Positions 9,326 through 19,411 of a DNA stretch of 64,000 nt are shown piece by piece. Location: the NCBI GenBank assembly GCA_963675295.2, contig CAXXKJ010000002.1:3808001-3872000 (forward strand), given 5' to 3'. How positions within the stretch are numbered: the stretch's first letter is position 1; every line of letters begins with the position of its first letter. The position numbers were made by a program, and so were the translations under genes. Source of the stretch: a bacterium. Lineage in GTDB: Bacteria; Electryoneota; Electryoneia; Electryoneales; Electryoneaceae. The notes under the pieces were generated by a model, which did not search any database, was not told where the DNA came from, and saw nothing but the letters and a program-made list of their open reading frames with translations.

Positions 9326-9772
9326 TCACTTCTTCGCGAGATAATCGCGGAATTGCTGCTTCAGGCTGCCGTTCGCACCGTCATCCATGAATTCGAGGAA
9401 TCGCTGTACCTGGTCCACAGTCTCATCACTGATCAGGTGCTCGACCTTGCACGCGTCGTCCTCCGCCTGCTCTTCGGAGATGTTGAACACCTCGCTGAAC
9501 AGTCGCTTGAACATCTTGTGCTTACGGTAAATACGATTCGCTTCCCGGCGGCCCTTCTCCGTGAGTTCAATGTCGCCATACTTCTGATGCAGCACCAGCC
9601 CTCGGTCCTGCAGAACGGACAGGGCTTCGGTCACGGACGGCTTCGACACACCCATCGAATCGGCGATATTTTTCACCTTCGCCGGCAATCCCTCGAGATC
9701 TTGAAAATAGATCGTCTCGAGGTAGTCCTCCATGTTCGCGCTGAGACCGTTTTTCTCACGTCGGTGCGGCAT
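9326..9772 (-). CDS. DtxR/MntR family metal-dependent repressor
   Basis: EDYLETIY, IA..MGVSKPSVT, LTEKG, RKH, DACKVEH motifs; GGAGG RBS. Confidence 0.9.
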   Translation of the reverse strand: MPHRREKNGLSANMEDYLETIYFQDLEGLPAKVKNIADSMGVSKPSVTEALSVLQDRGLVLHQKYGDIELTEKGRREANRIYRKHKMFKRLFSEVFNISEEQAEDDACKVEHLISDETVDQVQRFLEFMDDGANGSLKQQFRDYLAKK

Positions 9773-9885
9773 GACATTCCTCCAGGACGTTTCCGGCGGT
9801 TACCCGATTCCAGGTAGTCGCAAGCTCGTGTTGTTCAAGAACCTGCCAAAGATTGAACCTGCATAAAGTTCGTCTACCATAACGG

Positions 9886-9899
9886 GTAGGTAAATCTAA
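9886..9899. promoter_or_regulatory. Candidate DtxR-family operator (autoregulation)
   Basis: GTAG-N6-CTAA, one mismatch to TTAG-N6-CTAA, upstream of the regulator; a further CCTAA half-site near 9909. Confidence 0.4.
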
Positions 9900-9955
9900 C
9901 TTATTCGACCTAAAATAATCCAGCCCTCTGGAGCTCGCAAGCGCTTCTCCCGGTT

Positions 9956-11494
9956 TTAATGGCGGTATTGCTCGGTAACATCATCACCCCCGGGCAGGGT
10001 GAGCACACGGAAGGTTGTCGGCGACTGGCCGGCATCGCCAACAAGGCGAATAAACAGCTTGTAGCGCAGCATCAGCCGGTTGATCTTGCTCTTCAGCCCG
10101 CCTTCCGTAAGATGCTTCTGCAATGTGGGATGCACGACCACCTTGATCCGGCGCTTGCGTGTGTGGTAAAGGTAACGCGCGATCCAGCGTTCGAGCTCAG
10201 TGATCACCGTTTCCCGTGTCGCCACCATGCCGGTCCCGTTACACGCCTTGCACGGTTCTTTCAACGCGTGGACCAGGCTCGGACGAATCCGCTGGCGGGT
10301 GAGCAGCATCAGGCCGAACGCGCCGATCGGAGCCACATCCAGCTTCGCCCGGTCGCGTTTCAATTCCTTCTTCATCTCGTCGTACAGCTTCTTGCGATTC
10401 TTTTCTTCGACGAGGTCGATGAAGTCGATGGCGATGATGCCGCCGATGTCACGCAAGCGGAGCTGGCGGCAGATCTCGCGCGCGGCTCGCAAGTTGACCT
10501 TGAGGCTGTTCTCTTCGTGGTTGCTCTTGCCGACGTAGCGCCCGCTGTTCACATCGATCGTGACCATCGCCTCGGTGTGCTCAATGAGGATGTGTCCGCC
10601 ACCCTCGAGCCACACTTTGCGGCGCAAACCCTTCTCGATTTCGCTTTCGATCTCGTAATGATCGAAGATCGGCAGCTTGTCCTGGTACAGTTCGACGCGT
10701 TCCAGCAGTTGCGGCGAGACACCCTTGAGGTAGTCGGCGATTTCCTTGTGCAGCGTCTTCGAGTCAACGATCAGGTGATCGATTTCCGGGCCGAACAGGT
10801 CGCGGATCACGCTGGACGCGAGGGTCACTTCCTTGTAGATCCGTTCCGGTGCTTTCGCGGTGCGGGACTTGGTCTCGATACGGTGCCACAGGTTGACCAG
10901 GCGTTCAATGTCGTCCCGCAGCGTGGCTTCGTCCTTCTCCATCGCCACGGTGCGCACGATCAGCCCGTACCCCTCACCCTGCAGCGACTTGGCGATCTTC
11001 TTCAGGCGGCGCTTTTCACGCGGGCTGGGAATCTTGCGCGAGACACCGATGGATTGCTCGTAGGGCACGAGCACGACGAACCGTCCGGGCAGTGATATCT
11101 GGCTGGTTACCCGCGGTCCTTTGCCGCCCATCGGTTCCTTGGTCACCTGGACGAGGATTTCCTGGCCAGCCTGCAGGTTAACCCGGGCGACGTTCCCCCG
11201 GCGTCCTCCGCCATTCCCGTTCCCGTTGCCATTGCCGTTTTCGTCGTCTTCATCGGCGATTTCGTACAACGTGCCGACGTCGTTGAAGTGCAGGAACCCG
11301 TCCTGTTCCCAGCCGATGTCGACAAACGCGGCGGAGATGCCGTTCAGCACCTTGCGAACCTTGCCGAGGTACATGTCCCCGACGTTGCGTTCGCTCTCCG
11401 GCCGCTCGACGAACACTTCCGCGACGCGATCATCCTCGAGCAGCACGATTCGTGTTTCCGCGGTCGCGGCGTTGATGACGATCTGTTTCTTCAT
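9956..11494 (-). CDS. rng: Ribonuclease E/G family protein (RNase G-like)
   Basis: S1 domain AAFVDIG; QVTKEPMGGKGPRVT; IDVNSG; QLRLRDIGGIIAIDFID; CxxC Zn link. Confidence 0.93.
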   Translation of the reverse strand: MKKQIVINAATAETRIVLLEDDRVAEVFVERPESERNVGDMYLGKVRKVLNGISAAFVDIGWEQDGFLHFNDVGTLYEIADEDDENGNGNGNGNGGGRRGNVARVNLQAGQEILVQVTKEPMGGKGPRVTSQISLPGRFVVLVPYEQSIGVSRKIPSPREKRRLKKIAKSLQGEGYGLIVRTVAMEKDEATLRDDIERLVNLWHRIETKSRTAKAPERIYKEVTLASSVIRDLFGPEIDHLIVDSKTLHKEIADYLKGVSPQLLERVELYQDKLPIFDHYEIESEIEKGLRRKVWLEGGGHILIEHTEAMVTIDVNSGRYVGKSNHEENSLKVNLRAAREICRQLRLRDIGGIIAIDFIDLVEEKNRKKLYDEMKKELKRDRAKLDVAPIGAFGLMLLTRQRIRPSLVHALKEPCKACNGTGMVATRETVITELERWIARYLYHTRKRRIKVVVHPTLQKHLTEGGLKSKINRLMLRYKLFIRLVGDAGQSPTTFRVLTLPGGDDVTEQYRH

Positions 11495-14067
11495 GCCGTC
11501 ACCTCCCGCGCCTGCGCACGGGCATCGTCAATCAGCTCCATCGGAGTCAGCAGGGTGTCACCATCCCGGGTGTAGATCTCATTGCGCGTCACGGTGGTGA
11601 GGAATTCGGGCGGAGCATCCCACGCCTCCGCCAGTTCGTCGAGACGGGCGGTTGCCCCGTTGAAGACATCCAGATGCAGTTCGACAAGCCCGTTTTCCTG
11701 CTTCACGTGATGCACAAACCTGCGAAGATCCACTCGTTTTACCTTGCCTTTGCTAAGGCGGTTGATGGTGAAAGACTCCTGCTCGAGAAACGCTTCCAGC
11801 TGGCTCTGGAAGGTATCCGAATCCGGTGCCGGGAAGCCATAGAGCACTCGTTCAACAATTGAAGTTAACGCCGCCGGGCGTTTCTGTTGCACAATCGCCC
11901 GCTGGGCGCGAATCCCATCCGGAGCAAACCTGTTAATCGCGGAGATGAGCTCATCCGCCTCCATGGATTCGTAGAGGCTGATGTCAATGTACTCGGCGTC
12001 GCTTTGCAATCCAACCGGCAACGGCGGGCCGAATCCCAGCCGCGCGTGCGGGTGAAACCCTTGCGAATACGCGATCGGAACTTCGGCACGGCGGAGCAAA
12101 CGTTCCCACAGCCTGACGAAATCCAGGTGACCCGACCAACGCAACTCCGAGCCTCGAGTATAACGAACTCGGGCGACCACTGCGACATCTGACGGCGCGG
12201 GTGTCTCCGCGACCGGTTGCGGCGCGGGGCGTGCGACCTCCGGATACAGGTTGCAGACCAGTTGCCCGTCCGGAATCATCTTCTGCAGCCCGCAGCCGTG
12301 ACACTGTCCGACACGGCAGTCCACCGTTGTCCGCACCCGCATCGCCTTGTGCATCTCGCGGTCGTGGAAACGGTCGTGCACACCCTTGCTGACGTGGCCC
12401 CACGGCAGCTTCTCACCGGGCACAAACTCGCTGGCGAGCTGGTTCGGGTCGAGTTCCGCATCACGGAACGCCTGCCACCAGCGCTCAGCGATGAAACGGT
12501 CGTTCCACGCCTCCAGCACACCGCCGTATTTCCACACCCGTTCGATCACACCGCCCATCCGGCGGTCGCCACGCGCGATACAGGTTTCGATCAGCGCGCT
12601 CTCCGGACCGTGCGTCGTCAACCGCGCCTGCACATCCCGGAACGATCGCCGCAGCACCTCGATCCGGCGCTGGACTTCTTCGACGGGCACCTGCCCGAAG
12701 CGCTGGAACGGCGTGTGCGCCTTCGGGGCGAACGGACTGACGGATACCGTCACCCGCTGGCGTTTGCTCGAGCGCAGCTTCGTCACCTGGTGCGCGAGCT
12801 TCGCGATGCCGAACAGGTCTTCGTCCGTTTCCGTCGGCAGCCCGATCATGAAGTACAGCTTGACCGAGTTGTAGCCCTCGCCGAACGCCAGCTCCGCCGC
12901 ACGCAGCAGGTCTTCTTCTCGCGAATTCTTATTGATCACGTCCCGCAGCCGTTGCGTCCCGGCTTCCGGCGCGAACGTGATTCCCGACTTGCGCGATCCA
13001 GGGAAGGCGTGCGCCATTTCGCGGGTGAACGAGTCCGGCCTCAGCGACGGGAACGCCAGCGAAATCCCCTTGCCGGCGAACTCATCCTGCAACGCGTCAA
13101 TCAGGTCTGGCAGCGGACTGTAATCGGAGGTGGACAGCGAGGTCAGGCTCAGTTCGTTGTGCCCGGTCGCGCGCACATTGGCAATCGCCTGCGCAACCAC
13201 GTCTTCCATCGGCCGTTCCCGCACCGGCCGGTACAACGTCCCCGCCTGGCAGAAGCGGCAGCCGCGTGTGCAGCCACGCATCACCTCGAGGCTCAGCCGG
13301 TCGAACGTGGTCTCGGTCAACGGGACGAGCGGCGTGTCCGGGTAATACTCCGGCTTCAACGTTTCCACCAGCTGTCCCAGCACCAGTGGACGATCACCAT
13401 GATCGACGAAGAAGCGGCCATTCTTGCCCTCGACGGGCGTATACAGTGACGGCCGGTACATGCCCTTCATGTCTGCGAGGCGCGCGATCGTTTGTTCGCG
13501 GGTGTATCCAGCCCGCTTGCACTGCAATGCAGCCGTCGCGATCTCGACGGCGAACTCTTCCCCATCGCCGACCGCGACAAGATCCACGAACTCCGCGAAC
13601 GGTTCCGGATTGTACGCCACCGGCCCGCCGGCGATCACAATCGGATCGGATGCACGTCGCTGATCGCTGCGGATCGGAACCTGGCCGAGGTCGAGCAACT
13701 CGAGCATTCCGGGCAGCGCCATTTCGTACGACAGGCTGACGCCGACGATGTCTACGTCGCACAGCGGAGTGCGTGTTTCCAGGGTGGGCAGTGGGGTCCG
13801 GGTCGCGCGGAACCGGGCGGCGGCGTCCTCTTCCGGCAGGAACACACGTTCCCCGGCAATCACTGGATCGCAGGAATTGATCCGGTGATAGAGAATCTGC
13901 ACCGCCAGCGAGCTCATCGCGATCTCGTACAAATCCGGGAACGCGATGGCGATTCGTAGTTCGGCGTCTGGCTTTACAATCCGGTGCAGTTCACGTCCGG
14001 CATAGCGCTGCGGCTTCCGCACGTGGGGAAGGATGTCCGTTTCAACACGGTCCCAAAACTGTGTCAA
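11491..14067 (-). CDS. TIGR03960-type B12-binding radical SAM protein fused to a TIGR03936/DUF2344 domain
   Basis: KPQRY, FPDLYE, CTRGCRFC, TFAPEAGTQRLRDVINK; C-terminal GHLD...YSQGFHPH. Confidence 0.9.
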   Translation of the reverse strand: MTQFWDRVETDILPHVRKPQRYAGRELHRIVKPDAELRIAIAFPDLYEIAMSSLAVQILYHRINSCDPVIAGERVFLPEEDAAARFRATRTPLPTLETRTPLCDVDIVGVSLSYEMALPGMLELLDLGQVPIRSDQRRASDPIVIAGGPVAYNPEPFAEFVDLVAVGDGEEFAVEIATAALQCKRAGYTREQTIARLADMKGMYRPSLYTPVEGKNGRFFVDHGDRPLVLGQLVETLKPEYYPDTPLVPLTETTFDRLSLEVMRGCTRGCRFCQAGTLYRPVRERPMEDVVAQAIANVRATGHNELSLTSLSTSDYSPLPDLIDALQDEFAGKGISLAFPSLRPDSFTREMAHAFPGSRKSGITFAPEAGTQRLRDVINKNSREEDLLRAAELAFGEGYNSVKLYFMIGLPTETDEDLFGIAKLAHQVTKLRSSKRQRVTVSVSPFAPKAHTPFQRFGQVPVEEVQRRIEVLRRSFRDVQARLTTHGPESALIETCIARGDRRMGGVIERVWKYGGVLEAWNDRFIAERWWQAFRDAELDPNQLASEFVPGEKLPWGHVSKGVHDRFHDREMHKAMRVRTTVDCRVGQCHGCGLQKMIPDGQLVCNLYPEVARPAPQPVAETPAPSDVAVVARVRYTRGSELRWSGHLDFVRLWERLLRRAEVPIAYSQGFHPHARLGFGPPLPVGLQSDAEYIDISLYESMEADELISAINRFAPDGIRAQRAIVQQKRPAALTSIVERVLYGFPAPDSDTFQSQLEAFLEQESFTINRLSKGKVKRVDLRRFVHHVKQENGLVELHLDVFNGATARLDELAEAWDAPPEFLTTVTRNEIYTRDGDTLLTPMELIDDARAQAREVTA

Positions 14068-15365
14068 TCGTTTTGATCCTCGACCTGCGCATCGGCGGGA
14101 GGATGTACACGGAGAGAGAGGACCCGATTGCCATCGACCGCGTTAACCCTGAAACTCCATCCCGAATGCTGAAACTCCTGTCCCGGAGTGGGGACTTCGC
14201 CCGCCAGCGAAAAGATAAATCCGCCCAACGTGTCGTAGTCCTCTTCCGTCGGAACCACATCCTCGCCGATTTCACGATTGAAATCCGAAACTTCCATCTT
14301 GGCCAACACGAGGAGGTCGCCATCATCGAGATGGCTGAAAATCTCTTCCTCGGTATCAAATTCGTCGTGGATTTCGCCGACGATCTCCTCGATCACGTCT
14401 TCCATCGTGACCAGACCCTCGGTACCGCCGTACTCATCCACCACGATTGCCATGTGAATCTTGTGCTTCTGGAACTCCTTCAACAGCGTCGCGATGCGCT
14501 TGCTTTCCGGCACAAAATACGCCTCGCGCATCACCTCGCTGACAGCCTTGCCGCTGTGCCCGTTCGTGTTCGCGCCGATCAGATCCTTCGCGTACAGGAT
14601 GCCGACGATGTGGTCAACATCCTTGTCGAACACCGGGATGCGGCTGTGTCCGTTTTCACGGATCGTACGTATCACTTCATCCACTCTCGCATCCTGCGGC
14701 ACGGCGATCATGTCGATGCGGGGGACCATGATTTCCCCGGCCTCGGTTTCGCCAAACTCGAAGATCGAGTGGATCATCTCCCGTTCGTCTTCTTCGAGCA
14801 CGCCGTGCTCCTCGCTGACTTCCGCGAGGGTGCGTAGCTCTTCTTCGCTGAACAGGATGCGTGTCGCCTCGACACCGAAGATGCGCGCCAGCACATCGAC
14901 CAGACCGACCAACAGCCGTGTGATCGGCCACATGAAGAACGATGCGATCTGGATCGGACCCGATAGCAACAGTGCCCAACGTTCGTTGTGACGCAACGCG
15001 AACACCTTGGGCGAGATTTCGACCAGCACGATGAGCAGGAAGGTGACGACGAGAATCTGCACCACCAACGCCAGGCGGGGATCGAGGCCGGCTTTCAGTG
15101 CCGCCTCGGTAACAGCCAAAGCGGCCACACTGGCCGCCGAGGTATTGACAACCGTATTTCCGATCAGGATTGCAACGAGCAACTCGCGTGGTTTGTCCAG
15201 TAGACGCACCACACGGCGGGCGCCGGAATCGGTGCGCTCGCGCAGATCACGGATCTGCGCTTTGGACAGGGAAAAGAACGCGGTTTCGCTGCCGGAAAAG
15301 AATGCGGACAGGACTAGCAGTGCGACGAAGACAATGATCTCAGTCCCGTATGGTTGACTGTCCAC
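14064..15365 (-). CDS. CNNM/CBS/CorC-HlyC (GldE-like) membrane protein
   Basis: SAFFSGSETAFFSL, ILIGNT, HSRIPV, VVDEYGGT.GLVT.ED..EEIVGEI; probable GTG start at 15365. Confidence 0.9.
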   Translation of the reverse strand: MDSQPYGTEIIVFVALLVLSAFFSGSETAFFSLSKAQIRDLRERTDSGARRVVRLLDKPRELLVAILIGNTVVNTSAASVAALAVTEAALKAGLDPRLALVVQILVVTFLLIVLVEISPKVFALRHNERWALLLSGPIQIASFFMWPITRLLVGLVDVLARIFGVEATRILFSEEELRTLAEVSEEHGVLEEDEREMIHSIFEFGETEAGEIMVPRIDMIAVPQDARVDEVIRTIRENGHSRIPVFDKDVDHIVGILYAKDLIGANTNGHSGKAVSEVMREAYFVPESKRIATLLKEFQKHKIHMAIVVDEYGGTEGLVTMEDVIEEIVGEIHDEFDTEEEIFSHLDDGDLLVLAKMEVSDFNREIGEDVVPTEEDYDTLGGFIFSLAGEVPTPGQEFQHSGWSFRVNAVDGNRVLSLRVHPPADAQVEDQND

Positions 15366-15372
15366 CTCCTGT

Positions 15373-15951
15373 TTAGCCCCTCTGCTCCACCGGATAATTG
15401 ACTTGCCACGCCAGGACGCCGGTTTCCCGTCCCGCACGAGCCAGACCTTCGTCTTCACGGTCGTTCATGGCTCGGCGCTTCGCGGCTGTATCATCGTCCC
15501 ACCCCGCAAGGTGCAAAACACCATGCAGCAGCAGACGCGATACTTCTTCGGTTATCGTGCAACCGAAATCTATCGCCTGTTCATGAGCCTTCTGCAAGCT
15601 AACATAGATTTCGGCGTCAGGAAAATCCTCAATGTCGTCAAGTTCGGAGTTTACCTCCGTAGGTTCCCCATCGAACCCGGCTTCAGATTCGGCAATCTGA
15701 GCCTCATCCGTAGCCTCGAACTCATCTTCGTCCGCGCCTGATTCCGCGCGAAAATCGAAGGTGATGACGTCCGTCGGACCCTCGTGCTGCAGGTACTGCT
15801 CGTTCAGCTCACGGATCTCGTCATTGCCAACCAGCACGAACTGCACCTCGCCGATCTCCAGCGACTCACGTGCCGCTTCGTCCGCCAACCATGCCAGCAA
15901 CGGCTCTTTGCCCTCAAGCGACCAACCCGCGAGATCGACGATGATCGTCAT
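15373..15951 (-). CDS. ybeY: rRNA maturation endoribonuclease YbeY with an acidic insertion
   Basis: LNEQYL.H..PTDVITF, EIYVS, HGVLHLAGWDD; phoH-HD-ybeY context. Confidence 0.85.
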   Translation of the reverse strand: MTIIVDLAGWSLEGKEPLLAWLADEAARESLEIGEVQFVLVGNDEIRELNEQYLQHEGPTDVITFDFRAESGADEDEFEATDEAQIAESEAGFDGEPTEVNSELDDIEDFPDAEIYVSLQKAHEQAIDFGCTITEEVSRLLLHGVLHLAGWDDDTAAKRRAMNDREDEGLARAGRETGVLAWQVNYPVEQRG

Positions 15952-18266
15952 CAGGCCTTTTCCTCCGCCGAGTCCTTCGCATCATCATCCTTCGCCTGCT
16001 TGCTCTTGCCACGCTTGCTCTCCAGCTCCTCACGGGACGGGTAGCGAATGCGATGGTGGTGCATGCCCTGCAGAATCGGCACGAACGCGTTGATGATGTT
16101 GCCGAGATCGTGCATCGTCAGCGGGCACTCATCCAACTCGCCGTCACGGTACTTGTTGATGATGACCTCGCGCACCTTCTCCTTGATATTATCCGCGCTC
16201 GGATCGTCCAGGCTGCGTGTCGCCGCTTCGGCGCTGTCGGCGAGCATCAGAATGCCGGTTTCCTTCGACTGCGGTTTCGGGCCGGGATAACGGAAGTCGT
16301 CCTCGTTGACCGAACCTTCCGGCCGCAACGACAACGCCTTGTTGTAGAAATAGACCATCAGGCCGGTGCCGTGATGTTCGCGGATAAACTCCTTCACCTT
16401 TTCCGGCACCCGGAAGCGGTCCGCGATTTCGACGCCCTTGGTCACGTGGTCGGCGAGCATCTTCGCCGATTCTTCCGGCTCGAGCGTGTCGTGAATGTTA
16501 CCCTGTCCAACCTGATTCTCGACGAAGTATTCACGCCGCGCCATCTTGCCGATGTCGTGGTAGTACGCGCCCGCGCGCACCAGCAGCGGATTCGCGTTAA
16601 TTTCCTCCGCCGCCGATTCGGCCAGGTTTCCGACCATGATGCTGTGGTGATACGTTCCCGGCGCTTCCAGCGACAGGCGTTTCAGCAGCGGCCGGTTAAG
16701 GTCGGCGAGCTCGAGCAGCGTCAGGTCACTGGTGACACGGAAAATCGGTTCGATCAGCAGCAACATGCCCAACGCGAGCAACGGCGTACTCACCGCGTTA
16801 ATCGCAACGTACCCCAGCTCGGACAACGTATCCTGCTCGAATTGCAGCGCGAACGTGTGCTGAACCATCACCACCAGCACCCCGCCGGCAAAGATCAGCA
16901 TCGCCGAGCGCATGATCTGCAGCCGTGTCCGTACACGCAGCACCGCAAAGATGCTCAACGCTGACGGGAACAGGATTGTCAGCGTCTGGATCAGGTCATA
17001 CCCCTCCAGCCCGCCGATGATGAGCCCGAGAATGACCGAATACAACAGCGCGATCCGGGCCTGGAACACGATCGTCAGGATCACCGCACCCAGCGCGGCC
17101 GGGTAGATGTAGAGGTTGATGTCCTGCCGCGCGAAGATGAAGCCGTACAGCAGGATCATCCCGGCGAACACTGTCGCGATCAGCAGCAGGTGGTTCGGCT
17201 TGCGGTAATGCTGGAAATGGAACCGGTAGATCCAGTACCCGAGCAGCATGAACAGCGAGCCGGCGAACAGCAGCCGTCCCAGCCATGGCAGCAGCATCTG
17301 CCACAGATTCTGATCCTGCCGCGCCATCTTCGACAGCTCGACTTCCAGCGACCGCAGTTTCTCCAGGTGTTGCTGCTCGATGCGCTCGTTGGAGTCGATG
17401 ATGCGTTCGTTCTTGAACACCGTACCCTTGGTCAACGCGACCTGGCTGACAGCTTCCTCGCGACGCTGTTCAGTTTCCTCAGGGTCGTAGAGCAGGTTCG
17501 GCCGGATGAACGAGCCGAGCATCTCGTAGGCGATCTTGAGCGTCGAATCCTGCGACGCCATGTCCACTTCCATCAGCTCCGACAGCCGCGCCAGCGCTTC
17601 CTCATGCGCCGATTCGTAGTCGAACATACGCGCCGGATCGACTGTTTGTTCTTCCGAACCGTCGATGATGCGGATTCTGCCATCCACCGTTTCGATCTGT
17701 TGCGTCGCGACGTTCAGCACGCCACGGCTGTACAGGTCGCGCAGCACGGTGCGCAGCTGGTCCTCGCTCGTCGGCAGCGCGTCGTCACGCGTGCCGTTGA
17801 TCAGATACCGCCACGCGTTGTCGTTGATCGACATTTCGAACTGGACACGCAGCACATTGACCACGCCGCGGCCATACGAACCGAGCGGGCCGCCCATCGT
17901 GTCGGAGGCAGAAATGGTACGCGCGGCCTCACGGATCATGTCGAGGCTTTCGCGCAAATTGGAAAGCATCACCACGCTGACCGAGTCGTCACGCACGAAC
18001 ACAGGCAATACCTGGTCGCGCGCTTCCTCGCGTTCCGCTTCCAGCTCCGCGTCATTTTTCAGCAGGTCGAAGGTGAACGGGGCGATGATTTCTTCCGGGC
18101 TGATTTCGCCCAGCTTGTATTCCCGGAATGGTTGCGGCCCCTGGTGCGGGAACAGGTACATCGTGATGCCGGTGAGCACGGCCCACAGCAGCAACGGCAG
18201 CGCCGGATAAAATTTCGGACGCGCCCGCTGTTTCAGAATGCTGCTGATCTGGCCGCTTTGACTCAT
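15951..18266 (-). CDS. 7TM-HDIG phosphohydrolase (PgpH-like)
   Basis: APGTYHHS, YYHDIGK, EHHGT, FRYPGPKP, MLADS.EAA; extracellular domain plus 7 TM segments. Confidence 0.9.
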   Translation of the reverse strand: MSQSGQISSILKQRARPKFYPALPLLLWAVLTGITMYLFPHQGPQPFREYKLGEISPEEIIAPFTFDLLKNDAELEAEREEARDQVLPVFVRDDSVSVVMLSNLRESLDMIREAARTISASDTMGGPLGSYGRGVVNVLRVQFEMSINDNAWRYLINGTRDDALPTSEDQLRTVLRDLYSRGVLNVATQQIETVDGRIRIIDGSEEQTVDPARMFDYESAHEEALARLSELMEVDMASQDSTLKIAYEMLGSFIRPNLLYDPEETEQRREEAVSQVALTKGTVFKNERIIDSNERIEQQHLEKLRSLEVELSKMARQDQNLWQMLLPWLGRLLFAGSLFMLLGYWIYRFHFQHYRKPNHLLLIATVFAGMILLYGFIFARQDINLYIYPAALGAVILTIVFQARIALLYSVILGLIIGGLEGYDLIQTLTILFPSALSIFAVLRVRTRLQIMRSAMLIFAGGVLVVMVQHTFALQFEQDTLSELGYVAINAVSTPLLALGMLLLIEPIFRVTSDLTLLELADLNRPLLKRLSLEAPGTYHHSIMVGNLAESAAEEINANPLLVRAGAYYHDIGKMARREYFVENQVGQGNIHDTLEPEESAKMLADHVTKGVEIADRFRVPEKVKEFIREHHGTGLMVYFYNKALSLRPEGSVNEDDFRYPGPKPQSKETGILMLADSAEAATRSLDDPSADNIKEKVREVIINKYRDGELDECPLTMHDLGNIINAFVPILQGMHHHRIRYPSREELESKRGKSKQAKDDDAKDSAEEKA

Positions 18267-19312
18267 GCGGATGCACCTTCGTCCGTCGTTGCGGACTTGC
18301 TTTCGCCTGACCCGGAGGAGCCCCGGTCATCCGGTTTCCCCGGCTTGCCGTTGTCATTCGTCCGCTCCCGCTCGTACGCCTTGATAATCTCACGAACCAG
18401 CGGGTGCCGGACAACGTCCGACTCGTCCAGTGTTACGAAGCGAATTCCCTTGACCCCGCGCAAGATCACCAGCGCTTCGGCGAGGCCGCTCTGAGTGGGA
18501 TCCTCGAGATCGATTTGGGTCAGGTCTCCGGTCACGATCGCGCGCGAGCGTGCGCCCAACCGTGTAAGGAACATCTTCAATTGCGAACTGGTGGTGTTCT
18601 GTGCTTCGTCGAGGATCACGAAGCTGTTGTTCAGCGTGCGGCCACGCATGTACGCCAGCGGCGCGATCTCAACGCCGCCCTGATCCTTCTGCCGCACCAG
18701 TTCTTCCGGACGCAGCATCTCGCGCAATGCATCGTTCAACGGCCGGAAATACGGATCGACCTTCTCCTCAATGTCACCGGGCAGGAAGCCGAGCTTTTCG
18801 CCAGCCTCGATCACCGGACGCACGAGAATGATGCGGTCCACTTCCTGGTTGATCAACGCCTTGACCGCGACCGCCACCGCGAGGTACGTCTTCCCTGTAC
18901 CCGCCGGTCCGACGGCAAACACCAGGTCGGCGTCCTCCGTCGCGCGCACGTACGATTCCTGGTTCAGCGAGCGCGTCTTCAGCGACAGGCCCTTGCGTTC
19001 GAAGACGAGCAGACCTTCGCCTGCCTGACGCTGCGAGTCGCGCGTGCTGGTCACCGTCAGCCCGGCGAGCGAGAGCGCGGCGTCGAGGCCGCTGATGTCG
19101 ACTTCGCCGTGCTTCGCCATGCCATTCAGGTCACGGACGACCGTCCGTAGCGGTTCCTCTTCTTCCTGTGGTCCGCTGACAAAGACAGACGAGCCGCGCA
19201 CCACGAGGCTTGAGCGCACGACTTCGTTCAACCGTCGCAGGTTGCGATCCTGGGGTCCGACAATGCTGGGCAGCAGCGTCGGATCAATGGGGATGCTGTA
19301 TTCGATCGTCAT
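18263..19312 (-). CDS. phoH: PhoH family ATPase
   Basis: GPAGTGKT, LGFLPGD, APLAYMRGRTL, ILDEAQN, GDLTQIDL, DVVRHPLV. Confidence 0.93.
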   Translation of the reverse strand: MTIEYSIPIDPTLLPSIVGPQDRNLRRLNEVVRSSLVVRGSSVFVSGPQEEEEPLRTVVRDLNGMAKHGEVDISGLDAALSLAGLTVTSTRDSQRQAGEGLLVFERKGLSLKTRSLNQESYVRATEDADLVFAVGPAGTGKTYLAVAVAVKALINQEVDRIILVRPVIEAGEKLGFLPGDIEEKVDPYFRPLNDALREMLRPEELVRQKDQGGVEIAPLAYMRGRTLNNSFVILDEAQNTTSSQLKMFLTRLGARSRAIVTGDLTQIDLEDPTQSGLAEALVILRGVKGIRFVTLDESDVVRHPLVREIIKAYERERTNDNGKPGKPDDRGSSGSGESKSATTDEGASA

Positions 19313-19411
19313 CGCAAGGAAAAGCGGCCCATCCGGAAACCTGCTTCCCGGATCAGGGCCGCTTCAAATCACTTTCGTCAGGTACACGCGTAACGTGTGC
19401 CGTTCACCTTC

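Noticed and set aside
11200-11250. NGNGNG low-complexity insert in RNase G
   Set aside because: Variable S1-loop inserts are common in this family.
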